A stretch of DNA of 64,000 nt from the human T2T-CHM13v2.0 reference genome, Homo sapiens. Made by a program: the position numbers and the translations under genes. The notes beneath the pieces are model-generated. The model made no database searches. It was not told the origin of the DNA and was given only the letters and a program-made list of their open reading frames with translations. Location of the stretch: the NCBI RefSeq assembly GCF_009914755.1, contig NC_060936.1, one strand, 5' to 3'. Below are positions 30,796-47,720 of the stretch, one piece after another; the first letter of the stretch is position 1, and every line of letters starts with the position of its first letter.

Positions 30796-30881
30796 CTTTG
30801 GGGCTCCTTCCTGGCTAAATGATCTCCAAGTCTGGCCCAAGGGAAACGCAGGCTTCCACCTGCTCTAAGAGCTGGCGGCGG

Positions 30882-30897
30882 GCGCCCCCTGGTGGCC
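30882..30897 (-). promoter_or_regulatory. CTCF motif (near consensus)
   Basis: Minus strand GGCCACCAGGGGGCGC in a small CpG-retaining patch between TMEM119 and SELPLG. Confidence 0.8.
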
Positions 30898-31589
30898 GCT
30901 TCAAGCACCCGGCTTCGCCCACCCTGAATGAAATCCCACACCTTGGAGAGAGAGAAAACTGTAAAGGGAAGGTGGCCCTCTTCCAACGCAAATGGAAATC
31001 TGTGGTTACACAGCATCCTCAGGAGCTGTCAGGAAATAGGGGAAAGCTCCCAGGAAGACGAGGTGACAAGATCCCTGGGGAACAACTCAGAGGTCCTTCA
31101 GCCTGAGTCCACAGCCCCCTGCTGTGGAGCCTTCAGCTCCCCTTCTCTGATTTTTCTGATCCCTCCCAAAGGGGAGGTAGACTCAGTCTCTCCTGACCCA
31201 TCAGCCTGCCGACCCCGGGTGTTAACTGACCCAGCCCATGGCAGACACTCCCACCTTCTTCCATCAGCACCCCCAGGACACTTTGAACACACCTGCCTGT
31301 GTGTATCAGATTTGATCCTTCCAGAAGTTCAGGGGAGGAGACAGACACTGCATTTCCAATATGTGTGGGCCCTCTCCCCACTCCTCCCCGATGCTGTCCC
31401 ATGGCCTTTCCCCCTGACGGCTCTTTCCTACCTTTCCCTTGTCTCTTTCCTCCAACCCCTCTCTCCCAAGCCACAGCCAACCCCTGCCAGACTCAACCTT
31501 CTCTGTGAACTCCCCTTTTCCGGGATAAACCATTGGGGGCAAGGAAAGAAGTCCTTCACTTCCAAAGAGGCCATTGAAGGTATTTTTTT

Positions 31590-31919
<330 letters not shown>

Positions 31920-32099
31920 GGAGGTATTTTTCAAGAAGAAAAATAAAGACTATCCCCTGAGATGACTTTCATTCCTCTCCTAGAAGGTAGAACAGAGTCT
32001 GTTTAAGCGGCAGCTTCTTTCTCTCTCTATGGAAATGACTGGAAGGTATTTGGGAGCAGAAGAGCAAGAACTCTCCAAATCCTGGTTTTCTAATCTGAC

Positions 32100-32797
32100 T
32101 GAAACTGCCTTTGCAAAAATTATAACTGAGGAAATGATGACAGTGGAAGAGACCAGACCGAACAGACTCCATCTTGCTTCTAGCCTTTAAGCTGTCCTTG
32201 TTCATTCCTTCCCCAAAGTTAGGCTGAACTAACTTTGGGAAATAATTCAGTTCGTGTTTTGACTCTGAAACAAAATTAATAATATCCCTTCCCCCCGAAA
32301 AGACCCCCTTCTTGCCTGGGGACCGATCTGCCTTTGCAGGACTAACAAATTAGCTACAAGATTCGAAATTATGGTTTAGGGGTCATGCAGCCTCTGGCTC
32401 CAAGAGTCTAAGCCTCCCCAAATTGCTCCTGTGGATAACATCAGTATTGTAAAACCTCAGAGCACTACGTGAGATATTTTGCAGACCCCGCACTGGATGG
32501 ATCAGTTGACACCACCTAGGCTGGTATTCTGGCTCAACCAGTTCTGCCATCGCAGCCGGGAACAGAAGACATGAAGAAAACCTCACTGCAACCCCCTATG
32601 ACTCTATCTCCAACCTGACCAATCAGCACTCCCAACTTCCCAAGTCCTTACCCGCCAAATTGTCGTTAAAAACTCTGATCCCCGTCTCCTGTACAGCCTG
32701 CTCTGCATGAATTACTCTGTCTCCCTTGCAATTCCCCTGTCTTGATAAATCGGCTCTGTCTAGGCAGCAGGCAAGGTGGATCCACTGGGCGGTGACC
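32100..32797 (+). mobile_element. LTR8-family (ERV1) solo LTR
   Basis: Starts TGAAACTGCCTTTGCAAAAATTATAACTGAG, ends GGGCGGTGACC; 4-bp TSD TGAC on both sides. Confidence 0.85.
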
Positions 32798-32857
32798 TGA
32801 CCCCCACAAGGTAGTGTGAGTTTTGAATGGGATAATGCAAGTGTTGCTTAAATAGCA

Positions 32858-33200
32858 GGGCCAACCTGGTTTACTGGGGCTGAGTTTCACGGAATATGGG
32901 ACTTTCAGTGCTAAAATCAAGAAAGTTCCGGGCAAACTGGGACGACTGGTCACCCTATGCTTAAAATCAGGCGTCAGCAAACTGACGGAGCTGAAATGAG
33001 CCTGCCGCCCGTTTGTAAATAAAGTTTTATTAGAACACAACCATGCGCATTCATTTATGGACATATTGTCAGTGGCTGCTTTTGTACTACAAGGACAGAG
33101 TTGAGTTGTTGCAACAGAGGCTATGGTGTTGCAACAGCTAAGGCCTACAGTATTCACTGTTTGGTCCTTTAAGAAAAAGTTTGGCAGCTTGAACTTTTCC
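32858..33200. mobile_element. MER81-like (32858-32956) and MER58A-like (32968-33200) DNA transposon remnants
   Basis: GGGACTTTCAGTGCTAAAA...GGTCACCCT and TTTGTAAATAAAGTTTTATTAGAACACA motifs. Confidence 0.65.
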
Positions 33201-33340
33201 ACCATTTGACAGCAAATCAGTGCTTCTGTGAGTTGTACAAAAGGTTGCAGGCTGCATCTAGGATCACCAATAAGCTACTGGCTGTTAATGAGAGACAGGG
33301 CCTGAGTGAAAAGGAGAGGTCAGGGTGAGCTTCTGGAGAG

Positions 33341-34509
<1,169 letters not shown>

Positions 34510-34887
34510 GGAGGATAGATTGATGTTTAGAGGGATATTGGTCCGAGGTTTGGGGGGGACCAAACTCTGTGGGCCAAAACTGGGTAATGGAGGAAGTGGA
34601 ATAAAGTGGTCACTGGTGGGGAAGGGGCAGCCCTCCCTTTGGCCCCCCATAGCCTGAACTTTTCCTGGTCACCCAAGGATGTACAAGACCCCCTGTTGTC
34701 CAAGAGGCAAAACTGAAGTCAACCTAACAGCCCATGAAAGAGGCTTCCTGGGGGGCCAGGGGCTGAGGGCAGACAGCTGAGGACCAGCCCCCATCCTGCA
34801 CTGAGGGATGGAGAATTCCGGGAAGGCTGCCTGAAGGAGACAGCCTTGAAACCTTGAAGGATTCCGCTATCGTTTGTCCATCACATA

Positions 34888-34893
34888 TTTATT
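34888..34893 (-). terminator. SELPLG polyadenylation signal AATAAA (inside an L2 3' end)
   Basis: tttatt on + strand, ~780 nt after the stop codon. Confidence 0.75.
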
Positions 34894-35664
34894 GCCTGCA
34901 CTGGACCTGCAGTTGGGATACTGCAGTGAACAAGACAGAGTCCACCCTGGAAAGTGGCCACAGGGGAAGGCAAGAGGCGATAGCTGGGGGTCACTTGTCA
35001 CTAGATGGAAGCTCCTTGGTCCACACAGTCCCAAAGAAAGGTCTGCCCTTGGGCCCACGAAACCCATCCCAGCCCTCACAGGCTGAACCTCACCCTGGGT
35101 TTTCCCAGAGAGGTGCCCAAGAAGACCCAAGCTGCCCCAAGTCAGAGGAGCAGCAGGAAACAGCCTCAGAAGTCCGTCACTCTTCAGTACTCCTCCCTTA
35201 GAATGTCCACTTCCTGTTTGGTGACCATGGCAACCAAAAGACAATGGCAGTGCAGTGCGTGTGGGATGGGGGAGCTCCATCTTCCTTGGGTACATGGGGA
35301 GGAGACTCCAGTGACCAGGAGAAGCGGGGAGAGCCATGGGAGATGTTAGAGGGACCCAGAGAAGATGGGGGACAGGAAAAAGGAGAGAATCTGTCTCAAG
35401 TAAATGGCCTCCTGCCTTGGACCTCGGCTGAAATGTGGCTGGGCTTCATCCGCGGAGGGAGGAAAGAGGTGGCTCCACTTGCCCGTCTGCTTGGCCCCAG
35501 GCTGCTCTTGTCCTGTTTGGGTGGCCAGAGTTCCTTCCCTGAAGATCCCCATCCCCAGGGGTCTCCGAGGAAGCCCAGAGCTGTGGAATGGGGTCTGGGC
35601 ACTCAGGGGTGGCCCAGGAGAGCCCGTGGAGGTGGGGTCTTGCCAAAACAGATGGCAGAGTGAG

Positions 35665-36903
35665 CTAAGGGAGGAAGCTGTGCAGGGTGAGGTCATCCCC
35701 CTCACGGTCCTCCCTGGGCTCTGGCGTCAGGCCCGGGCTCTTGGCCTTGGACAGGCCCCCATTGGCTGTGGCAGAGGGCCCCTCACCCCCATCAGGCAAC
35801 AGGGATGAGATGCAGACCATCTCGGTGGGGGAGTAATTACGCACGGGGTACATGTGGCCCTTGCGGGAGAGGCGGACCGCCAGCACCACAGTGCACACGA
35901 AGAAGATAGTGGCCACCAGCGCCAAGATTAGGATGGCCAGCAGGCACTGCTTCACAGAGATGTGGTCTGGGGCCCCCACTGGGTAGTTGACGGACAAATT
36001 GCTGGCTGCCATGGGAATGCCCTTGTGAGTAACAGAGGACACAGAAAAGGGTATGAACAGACCTCTTTTGGTAGTAGGTTCCATGGACAGGGCCTCTGTG
36101 GCACTGGGTTCTGTGGACAGGGCCTCCATGGCTGCCAGTGGAGTGGTCTGTGCCTCCGTGGCTGTGGGTTGAGTGGTCTGTGCCTCCGTGGCTTCTGGTG
36201 CAGTGGTCTGTGCCTCCATGGCTGTGGTTTGAGTGGTCTGTGCCTCCATGGCTGCTGGTGGAGTGGTCTGTGCTTCCATGGCTGCTGGTGCAGTGGTCTG
36301 TGCCTCCATGGCTGCTGGTGCAGTGGTCTGTGCCTCCAGGCCTGTGGGTTGAGTGGTCTGTGCTTCCGTGGCTGCTGGTGGAGTGGTCTGTGCCTCTGTG
36401 GCTGCCAGTGGAGTGGTCTGTGCCTCCGTGGCCGTCAGTCGAGTTGTCTGTGCCTCTGTGGCTGCCAGTGGAGTGGTCTGTGCCTCCGTGGGCACTGGTT
36501 GAGTGGTCTGTGCCTCCGTGGCTGCTGGTTGAGTGGTCTGTATCTCCATAGCTGCTGAATCCGTGGACAGGTTCCCCATGTTGGCCAGCTCCGTGGTCAG
36601 CTCTGTGACTGCCCCTCCTGCATCCAGGCCAGTAGAACGCCTTGCAGCAGGCTCCACAGTGGTAGACTCAGGGGTTCCAGGCCCAGTCAGAGGAGTGGTG
36701 TCAGTGCTGTTCCTCAGTATTTCTGGAGGCTCCGTTTCTGGCAGGAAATCATAATCTAGGTACTCATATTCGGTGGCCTGTCTCCGGTCCCGGGCAAGCA
36801 GGGGACCCAAGGCTTTCTCGGCTTCATCTGCCCAGGTGTCCCACAGCTGCAAGCTGTTGCCAGGGCCCAGTAGGATCAGCAACAGGAGGAGTTGCAGAGG
36901 CAT
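35665..36903 (-). CDS. SELPLG: P-selectin glycoprotein ligand 1 (PSGL-1/CD162), 412 aa, single coding exon
   Basis: MPLQLLLLLILLGPG signal peptide; RDRR propeptide site; sulfotyrosine motif EYEYLDYD; 16 decamer mucin repeats; Cys320; TM; cytoplasmic RLSRKGHMYPVRNY. Acceptor CTCCTAG| lies 5 nt before the ATG (exon starts at 36908). Confidence 0.99.
   Translation of the reverse strand: MPLQLLLLLILLGPGNSLQLWDTWADEAEKALGPLLARDRRQATEYEYLDYDFLPETEPPEILRNSTDTTPLTGPGTPESTTVEPAARRSTGLDAGGAVTELTTELANMGNLSTDSAAMEIQTTQPAATEAQTTQPVPTEAQTTPLAATEAQTTRLTATEAQTTPLAATEAQTTPPAATEAQTTQPTGLEAQTTAPAAMEAQTTAPAAMEAQTTPPAAMEAQTTQTTAMEAQTTAPEATEAQTTQPTATEAQTTPLAAMEALSTEPSATEALSMEPTTKRGLFIPFSVSSVTHKGIPMAASNLSVNYPVGAPDHISVKQCLLAILILALVATIFFVCTVVLAVRLSRKGHMYPVRNYSPTEMVCISSLLPDGGEGPSATANGGLSKAKSPGLTPEPREDREGDDLTLHSFLP
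36076..36555 (-). repeat. SELPLG: SELPLG coding VNTR, 16 x 30-bp (decapeptide A-[TM]-EAQTT) units
   Basis: 16 units counted, aa 117-276 (AAMEIQTTQP ... SATEALSMEP); corresponds to the long 412-aa allele. Confidence 0.95.
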
Positions 36904-37232
36904 GGCACCTAGGAGGAGACAATGGGCGGAGGGATGTCAAGACAGTTTCACCCTTGGGCTTAGCAAGCACCCTAGACCACCACCCTCTACTGCCACAGCT
37001 GGAAGCATGTCTGGTCTGGAGCAGGGACTGGGGACTTAGGCATCCCTGACATGCCTGGGATGGAGAAGATCCTCAGCCAGTAGCAGTTATTATTATTACT
37101 CATCAACATGAATAAAGCCATCCAGGAGGGCCCTTTAACTTCTTCTAGATGGTGCATAGAAATTGATTTGCCTCCCTCTCCATTTTGGTTAAGCCACTTT
37201 ATTTGTGGACAAGACAATCCACTGGGGTGTAG

Positions 37233-37583
<351 letters not shown>

Positions 37584-38700
37584 TCATGTCACTCCTTCTT
37601 AATTTCAAGTATTACATTATTTATAATCTATCATAAGAGTAAAGTAGTACCTGCACAGAATTCATAAATAGATTAATTGACCACTTACGAAGTCCATAAG
37701 CAGAAGAGTTTGTAAACCACAGACCTCCCAGATACCGCTGCTTATTGGACCTTTGAGGCCTCTTGGAGTCTGATTCTACCTGCTGCCCCCTCTCCCTGCC
37801 CACTGCCATGCCACCTCTATATGTCTGTCTTCCTCCTTCTCCTATCTTGCTTCCACCCTCCATAGCCCTTGCCAGTCCTCAGAGTCTCAGTTTGTCTCAT
37901 TCCTTCTCAATGTCTTGTCTTGGTCCCATTTGCTTTGGTGGTGTTCTTGCCTGCACAATGCACAACAGGGATGACGGTGCCTACTTCACAGCCTATTGTG
38001 AGGATAAAATGAAGGGATGCATGCAAGACCCTTAGCACTTCGTTTGCATGACAACCTCTCCGCAAAGACTGGCTGATTTAGTTCTTTCAGTCAACCTGCA
38101 CTATAAGTCTTCAAGGGCCCAGGGCTACTTAATTACACTCTCCATGGCCAGGAGAAAACTCAAATCTCTTCAGAACAGCCCTGCTCTCAGGAAGCTTATA
38201 GTCACTGAGTGTGCCTGTGGGTAGGACCACTGTCTATTCAGAGACTCTACATTGTCCTCCCTACTAGGTAGCCAGAAAAGACAGTGCCTCTTGTTTGGTC
38301 ATCTCATTGATCTTTCTTCTTGGCATTGTGAACACCTGTGCTTTCTTGTTTTCTTTCTCTCCCCTCATGCTCTCCTTGGCACTGGCTGGTGTTTACAGAA
38401 TTAAAAATTCTATGCTGAGAATCCTATGGTGAGTGACAGCCACGTTCTGGGGCAGGATTCAGGTATTCCTGCATTCCCTGGATATAACACCCTTCAGCAG
38501 CACACAACTTTTAGAATAGTGTCTGATGCAGAGTGGGCATTCAAGAATAGCACCCGGACAATTTCCAGTCTCTTCCTTTGTACTTCATTCACATGATTTG
38601 GAGGAACGAACAGTTGCTCATCATTCCTCGGGTGACTGTAACTCACTCACGGGCCCCTCACCTTCCAGCCAGGTTCAATCTGATCTCTTTCATATGTTAG

Positions 38701-40902
<2,202 letters not shown>

Positions 40903-40911
40903 TTAATAAAT

Positions 40912-40914
<3 letters not shown>

Positions 40915-40958
<44 letters not shown>
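40915..40958. repeat. (CA)n microsatellite
   Basis: Perfect run. Confidence 0.95.
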
Positions 40959-40960
<2 letters not shown>

Positions 40961-43900
40961 TTGCCTCCCAATTTGCCTTCAGGGCAGCAGAATTTCTTTG
41001 GGGTAGAGTTCTTATCTGGGGGAAGAATCTACGGCCCAACCTTGGCCCCACTTTCCTGGAGGCAGGGACTTTAGGAAGAAGCCATTAGCCTAGAGACATA
41101 TTTCATACTTATGAGCACACTCACAGCTACCAACCCCCACTTGGGCAGTTCTCTGTTCCTGGAAGGCAAAGCCCTCAGCCACTTCCTGGAAGCAGAGAAG
41201 GTGGGGGCAAAGTTGCAAGGCCTGGTCTCCCTGGTTCCCGGGTTGGGGGAGGCATCTTGGTGAGTCAGGGCCGGACTTGCAGCAGGCCGGAGGCTGGGAG
41301 AATAACACAGAAACACGGAGGGTGCTGGGGCCCAGTTCTTCAGGTAGGCTGTCACTGTTGCCCACCCTTCCCCTACAGCCATCCCCACAGCCTCCTGCAC
41401 CCAGAGACAGCTGGGGTGGAGGAGAGGCTGGGGCCTGAATCCCACATTTGCCCCCACTTAGCGGCTGTGTAAACTCGGGCAGGTTGCTTCACCCTCTCTA
41501 AGCCTCAGTTTCCTCATTGTAAAACCGGCAATATTGCTTAAAAAAAATCATCATGAGAATTGAATGAGTGTATGGAAGTTCCCAGACGCTGGCTTCCAGC
41601 CGGGGGTACTTTATCTGGAGGACTCTCTTCGGCGCTGCAGGCAGATGAGCAGAGGAAATGGAGGTCTCAGACTCAGAGGGTATGGAGATGGCGGCCTCTC
41701 TACCTCCCCTGTGGGTGTTTGGGCTTTGAGAAAGCAGAGACCTCCGTACCTGTTATGATAAGACCTGGTACATTCGGAAAGCCCAGACCTCCTTTCCTGG
41801 GCCCGTCTAAAGCAACCACCTTATCCTACATGTTCCTGGTGTCAGTGCTGAAAGTCCCTCAACCCCAGAAACCCCTCACTCCCAGGCAAACTGGGGGTGG
41901 GGGGTTGTTGGTCACCCCAGCCTGGTCCCTGCCATCCCACTGGCTTTAAGACACAGCAGCCTGGAGCCAGGCCACAGCTGAGCAGGCATCAGCCCATCTA
42001 ACAGAAAGAAAATCTGAGGCTCAGCCAGGCACGGTGCCTCGAGCTTGTACTCCTAGCACTTTGGGAGGCCAAGGCAGGAGGATGACTTGAAGGCAGGGGT
42101 TCAAGACCAGCCTGGGCAACATACTGAGACCCATATCTACAAAAAAATTAAAAATTAGCCAGGTATGCTGGTGATGCCTGTAGTCCCAGCTACTCGGGAG
42201 GCTGAGGCCAGAGGATGGCTTGAGCCCAGGTCAAGGCTGCAGTGAGCTATGATCGCACCACTGCACTCCAGCCTGGGTGACAGAGTAAGACCCTGTCTCT
42301 AAGAAAAAAACATATTTTTTTTAATGAAAGAAAAGAAAACCCGAGGCTCTGAGAGATCTTGTCTCAGCTGAGGCCACACAGGTAGAAGGGGGAGGAGCTG
42401 AGTTTTCTCACCGTGTATGGCAGGTAGCATAATACCTCCTTAATATTTGCTACAGTAAATGTATTATACAACAATAAAAATGACATATGTGGAAGCCCCT
42501 CCCACGGAGGGATGATTTCATCCTCTCACTATCTGGTGACCTCATTCCTCCTCACCCCTGTGTTCACTGGCTCTAACGGTGCCATCACACTGATTAGCAA
42601 GCAAGGCCCGGAGCGGCGGGATCACTCCCAGGCCCCACCTTCCACCTCTCCTCTTCCTGGAAGGCCAAAAAACAGTCCCACAGAAGTGGGGCCAGGGCAG
42701 GGCTCCGACAGAGGCGTCTCCAGTGACCACGTCCTATTTGTCTCAACACTTGCCTAACAGAGTAGGTCAGAGACTGCTCGTTTGCCTCTTTCGCCCTAAA
42801 ACCAGGCTGCTTCTGGCCCAGGCCCCATCTAGACCCTATATGGGCCCCATCTAGGCTGTGTGGAGGAGCAGGCTGCAGGGGGCCCAGACTCCAGCTCCAG
42901 AGACCCCGCCGTGTGGCCGCCCTGAGCTGCTCAGGAAAGATCCTCGTGGGGCTCCACGCCGCTAGGAACCTTGCACTGAGAATCCTGAAACTGGTGGTCA
43001 GAGCGGGCAGGATCTTGGAATGCTAAAATTCAAAAGACTGAGCATCTCAGGGTTTGGGTCAAGTAGTCACCAAGAGAAGGAAAGACCCCAGATAACTGAG
43101 GCACAGGCAGCAGATCTAAGTCTGGGTAGACAGGACAGGCCCTGCCCTGCCCTGCTGTGCCCTGGGAGTCACATCAAACCAGGTCAATCCCCAGCTCTGT
43201 CCCTTAGAAGCTGTGTGACCTGGGGCAACTCACCTCACCTCTCTGAGCTGTGGGTTCCTTAGCTGGAATACAAGGACAATGGTAGCACCCGCTTTTTATG
43301 GGGTTGTTGTGGGTTGAAGAGGGCCAGGGAAATGCTGAGTCCTCCCAGAAGCCTTTCCAGATTGCCCCAGGCACGATTAGTCACCTCCCGTGTTTAAATC
43401 ATTTCTGCTGTTCATTTATTTTCTAAAAATGTATTCACATTGACTCCTAAACTTCCAGAAGGCAGGAACCACAGCTGTCTTGCTGATCAGGCCACAGGCC
43501 CAGGATTCAGCCGATGGGCAGGCACACACCCCTCGCAACACTCGCCCCAGTGGCTGGCAACCACTGTGGCTGTCTGCTCTGCTGCCCCCACCAGACCACA
43601 AGTTTTTGGAGGGCAGGAGCTCTCCTGGGTCTCCTGGCATCCCCAGGGGCCTCACTAAATGCCTCTGCAGAAGAGGACATGTGACTGAGGCAGGGGAACG
43701 TGCACAGAACTGCACAGCACGTGCTGTCTTCACACTTTTCACACCACATTTGCCAGCTGACACTTTCCAACCTCTTTCCGTCATCTACCTCAACTCACAT
43801 CAGGGAGTCTCTGTAGACATTTTTTCCCACTTATCATCGCCCTTATGAAAGGTTTATTTATTTATTTAATTTTAGAGATAGGGTCTTTCTCTGTTGCCCA

Positions 43901-44452
43901 GGCTCGACTACAGTGGTGCAATCATAGCTCACTGCAGGCTTGAACTCCTGGGCTCAAGCGATCCTCCCAAGTAGCTAGGACTACAGGTGCATGCCACCAG
44001 ACCCGGCTACTTTTAAATTTTTTGTAGAGATGGGTTTTCCCCATGTTGCCCAGGTTGGTCTCAAACTCCTGGGCTCAAGCAATCCATCTGCTTCAGCCTC
44101 CCAAAGTGCTGGGATTTATAGGCATGAGCCACGGTGACCAGCCCTCCTCATGAAAAGTTAATAGCACAGATATGCTGTGTATCTGTTTAATGTTTGGTGG
44201 CTTGCAAACCACAGTGTTAGTTGAGATTTTTTTGTTACACCCCCCTCCCCACCCTCCACCCCACCAAGAACCAAGTTACACCTGTTGGAACCCAAACTTG
44301 CTGGCCTGATCCAGAGGCAGTAAGGTACTTGGCACAAATGAATTCAATGAGACCTACATCTGGTTAGTTGAACAACTGTCTTTAAACAGTTTTCTAAACA
44401 CCCCTGTGTAGACAGACAGATTAACAAACACAGACCCCCAACACACACACAC

Positions 44453-44495
44453 CAGCCATCTTATCTCCTTCTAGACCACTGGCCCCCACTGCCAT
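44453..44495 (-). CDS. SELPLG: Coding part of the alternative SELPLG first exon (N-terminally extended 428-aa isoform)
   Basis: ATG at 44495 encodes MAVGASGLEGDKMA plus one G, then donor G|GTGTGT at 44453/44452. Joining to 36908 (GTGCCATG) is in frame: ...KMA-G-A-MPLQL, 16+412=428 aa. Confidence 0.85.
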
Positions 44496-44853
44496 CTTCC
44501 TGTTCAAGTTCAGCAAAGGAAGCCGAGACACAGGCCTAGGGTCACCACGAACTCCATGGGCATCCTGCAGCCAGAAGCCATGCCGCCAGAGGCAGCTGCT
44601 TCTCCCCTTCAAGCCTCAGTTTTCTCATCTGTAAAAGGGGCACTGTCCACCCTCCAAGGTTCTCGGATGATTGATTCCCCAGCTCCTCTGAATGCCCCAC
44701 TCTGGGCCCAGCCTAGCAGCCCAGCCCTTCCGCTCTCTGAGGTTTAACTCCCCTGGCTGCTGGCCAAGCCTGCTGAGGGAGGCATCAACCACCCAGGGCA
44801 CGGCCTCGGAAGAGACTCTGGGGCTGTCTGAGGGCCTGGGAGCCACCTTCTGA

Positions 44854-45270
<417 letters not shown>

Positions 45271-45277
45271 TAGCTAA

Positions 45278-45481
<204 letters not shown>

Positions 45482-46299
45482 TAATAGTTTGCCACAGACA
45501 AGTGTCATTTCCTCAGTCTTATAAAAAGTGGGAAGAATGCATCTTTCTCTGAAAAGAACTTTTTTATGCGTCCATAACATGCAGCTTCAAGAGAAATCCT
45601 GCACTCCCCCTACTTTCTGGAGTCTTCCAGACCTAATCTCAGCTCTGCCCCTAAACAAATCCCTTCACCTCTCCCGACCTCAGTTTCCCATCCAGGAAAG
45701 GAGAGGATAAGATCATTTCTAGGGAAACACTCATGGTTTCTCTGATTTTCAAAATCAGAATGCCGCCAAGCCAGACGCTGCAGGCAAACTGACCAGGGAG
45801 GGAAGTAAGTTAATGGGAGGCTGGGGCTGGTGGGTCACACCTGTAATTTCAGCACTTTGGGAGGCCAACGCAAGAGGCTTGAGGCCAGGAGTTTGAGACC
45901 AGCCTCGGCATCAAAGTGAGACCCCATCTCTAGGAAAGGTAAAAATATTAGCTGCATGCGGCGATGTGCGCCTGTAGTCCCAGCTACTCAGGAGGCTGAG
46001 GTGGGAGGATCACTTGTGCCCAGGAGTTTAAGGCTGCAGTGAGCCATGATTGTGCCACTGCACTCCAGCCTGGGTGACAGAGTAAGACCCTGTCTCAAAA
46101 AAAGAAGGAAAAAAAAAGTTGGCAGGAGCAGGATTCAGAAGAGTCACAGAATAAGGCCACAGACTCCAGGAAGACTTTAGTCTTGAGTCGGAGGAGCCTC
46201 AGTTTGCCCTCCCCAGGTGCTGCAGCTCAAGAAGGGCCTGGCGGTCCTACCCGGGCCTGCCAGCAGCTATAAGGCAGGCCCTTGGCCCATGGGGACCTC

Positions 46300-46620
46300 C
46301 AGCCACTCCCTGTGGTTTTGCAAGCCAGCACTTACCACCGTGCTCAGCAGAGCATGGGACAGCTGCCTCGTGGGCCCAGAAGAAGTGGCTTCTCTGCTTT
46401 AGTGACAAGGTCCCAGCCCACGCTGCCAGGCACTGCTGTGGCACCCCCTGCGGCAGTCCCGGATCCGAGCAACCCCCAATGGCTGTGTGTGGAAGGAGGA
46501 AGCGAGAATGTGGTTACTTAGGCAGGGCCATGTGACAGCCCACACCCCATTGTTTGTGACAGCTTTGGTGACAACATTGATAAAGACAGGGTGGTAGTGG
46601 GGCACCTCCTAGGTCTGACA
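46300..46620 (-). promoter_or_regulatory. SELPLG promoter region with RUNX, ETS-like and GATA motifs
   Basis: TGTGGTT at 46311-46317 and 46509-46515; TGATAA at 46578-46583; GGAAG motifs near 46491-46502; no obvious TATA upstream of exon 1 on the minus strand. Confidence 0.55.
46336..46490 (-). other. SELPLG: SELPLG main non-coding exon 1 (TSS approximate)
   Basis: Donor GTG|GTAAGT at 46336/46335. The spliced product ...GAGCACGGTG|GTGCCATG matches the recalled cDNA; the 5'UTR intron is ~9.4 kb. Confidence 0.88.
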
Positions 46621-47307
46621 CTGTTCTTGGGTTCCCATAACTGTGAAAACACTGAGAACCAAGTAGAAGCTTTCTGGGGAGAAGTTCTTCGGTTTTGGGT
46701 GGGGCCCAAACTGAGAAAGGCCACAGCATTACTTCAGCAGCAATGGACAGTCGGGGCCAGAGGGAGCCCCCTGAAGGACAGGAGTGACCAGAGAAAAAGG
46801 AGAATGGTCTCGCTTCTTGCCCAAGATTGGTGGGGCGTGGGGAGGGGTGGGAGGTGGTCAGGGAGCAAAAAACACAAAATATGAACCTTCAAAGGGTTTG
46901 CAAATATGGTGTATTTCTTCTCGCAGGACTCAAAACACTCTCTGTAGATGCACAGCACAGGCCCTTTCAGCTGCAACCAAGAGCCTCTCTAGGGAGCTGG
47001 ACTACAGATACCACAAGGGCAAGTCCTGCTTATCTTATTTCTTCATCCTAAATTTGTTCATTTGACCAACTCTGGCACTCCAGACTGCATGCCCTGAGGT
47101 CTAAAGGCCAGCAATTCTGGGCTGTGGCCCTCTGGTAGCCCTCCATCCAATGGGGAGGCCAGCGAGTAAACAATTCGGTGGAACATCATGCCACAATGAC
47201 ACAGCGCAGTGAGTGCCATCCTGCGGTGAGCAAGGGAGGGGCCTCTCCTTCCATCCTGGGTGGGGGAGGGAGGTTAACAGGAGGAGCTTCCAAGAAGTGG
47301 CACTTGA

Positions 47308-47720
<413 letters not shown>

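Noticed and set aside
35962-36558. Antisense Cys-rich (198 aa) and Trp-rich (137 aa) repeat ORFs
   Set aside because: Shadow frames of the 30-bp SELPLG VNTR; no independent promoter or splice evidence.
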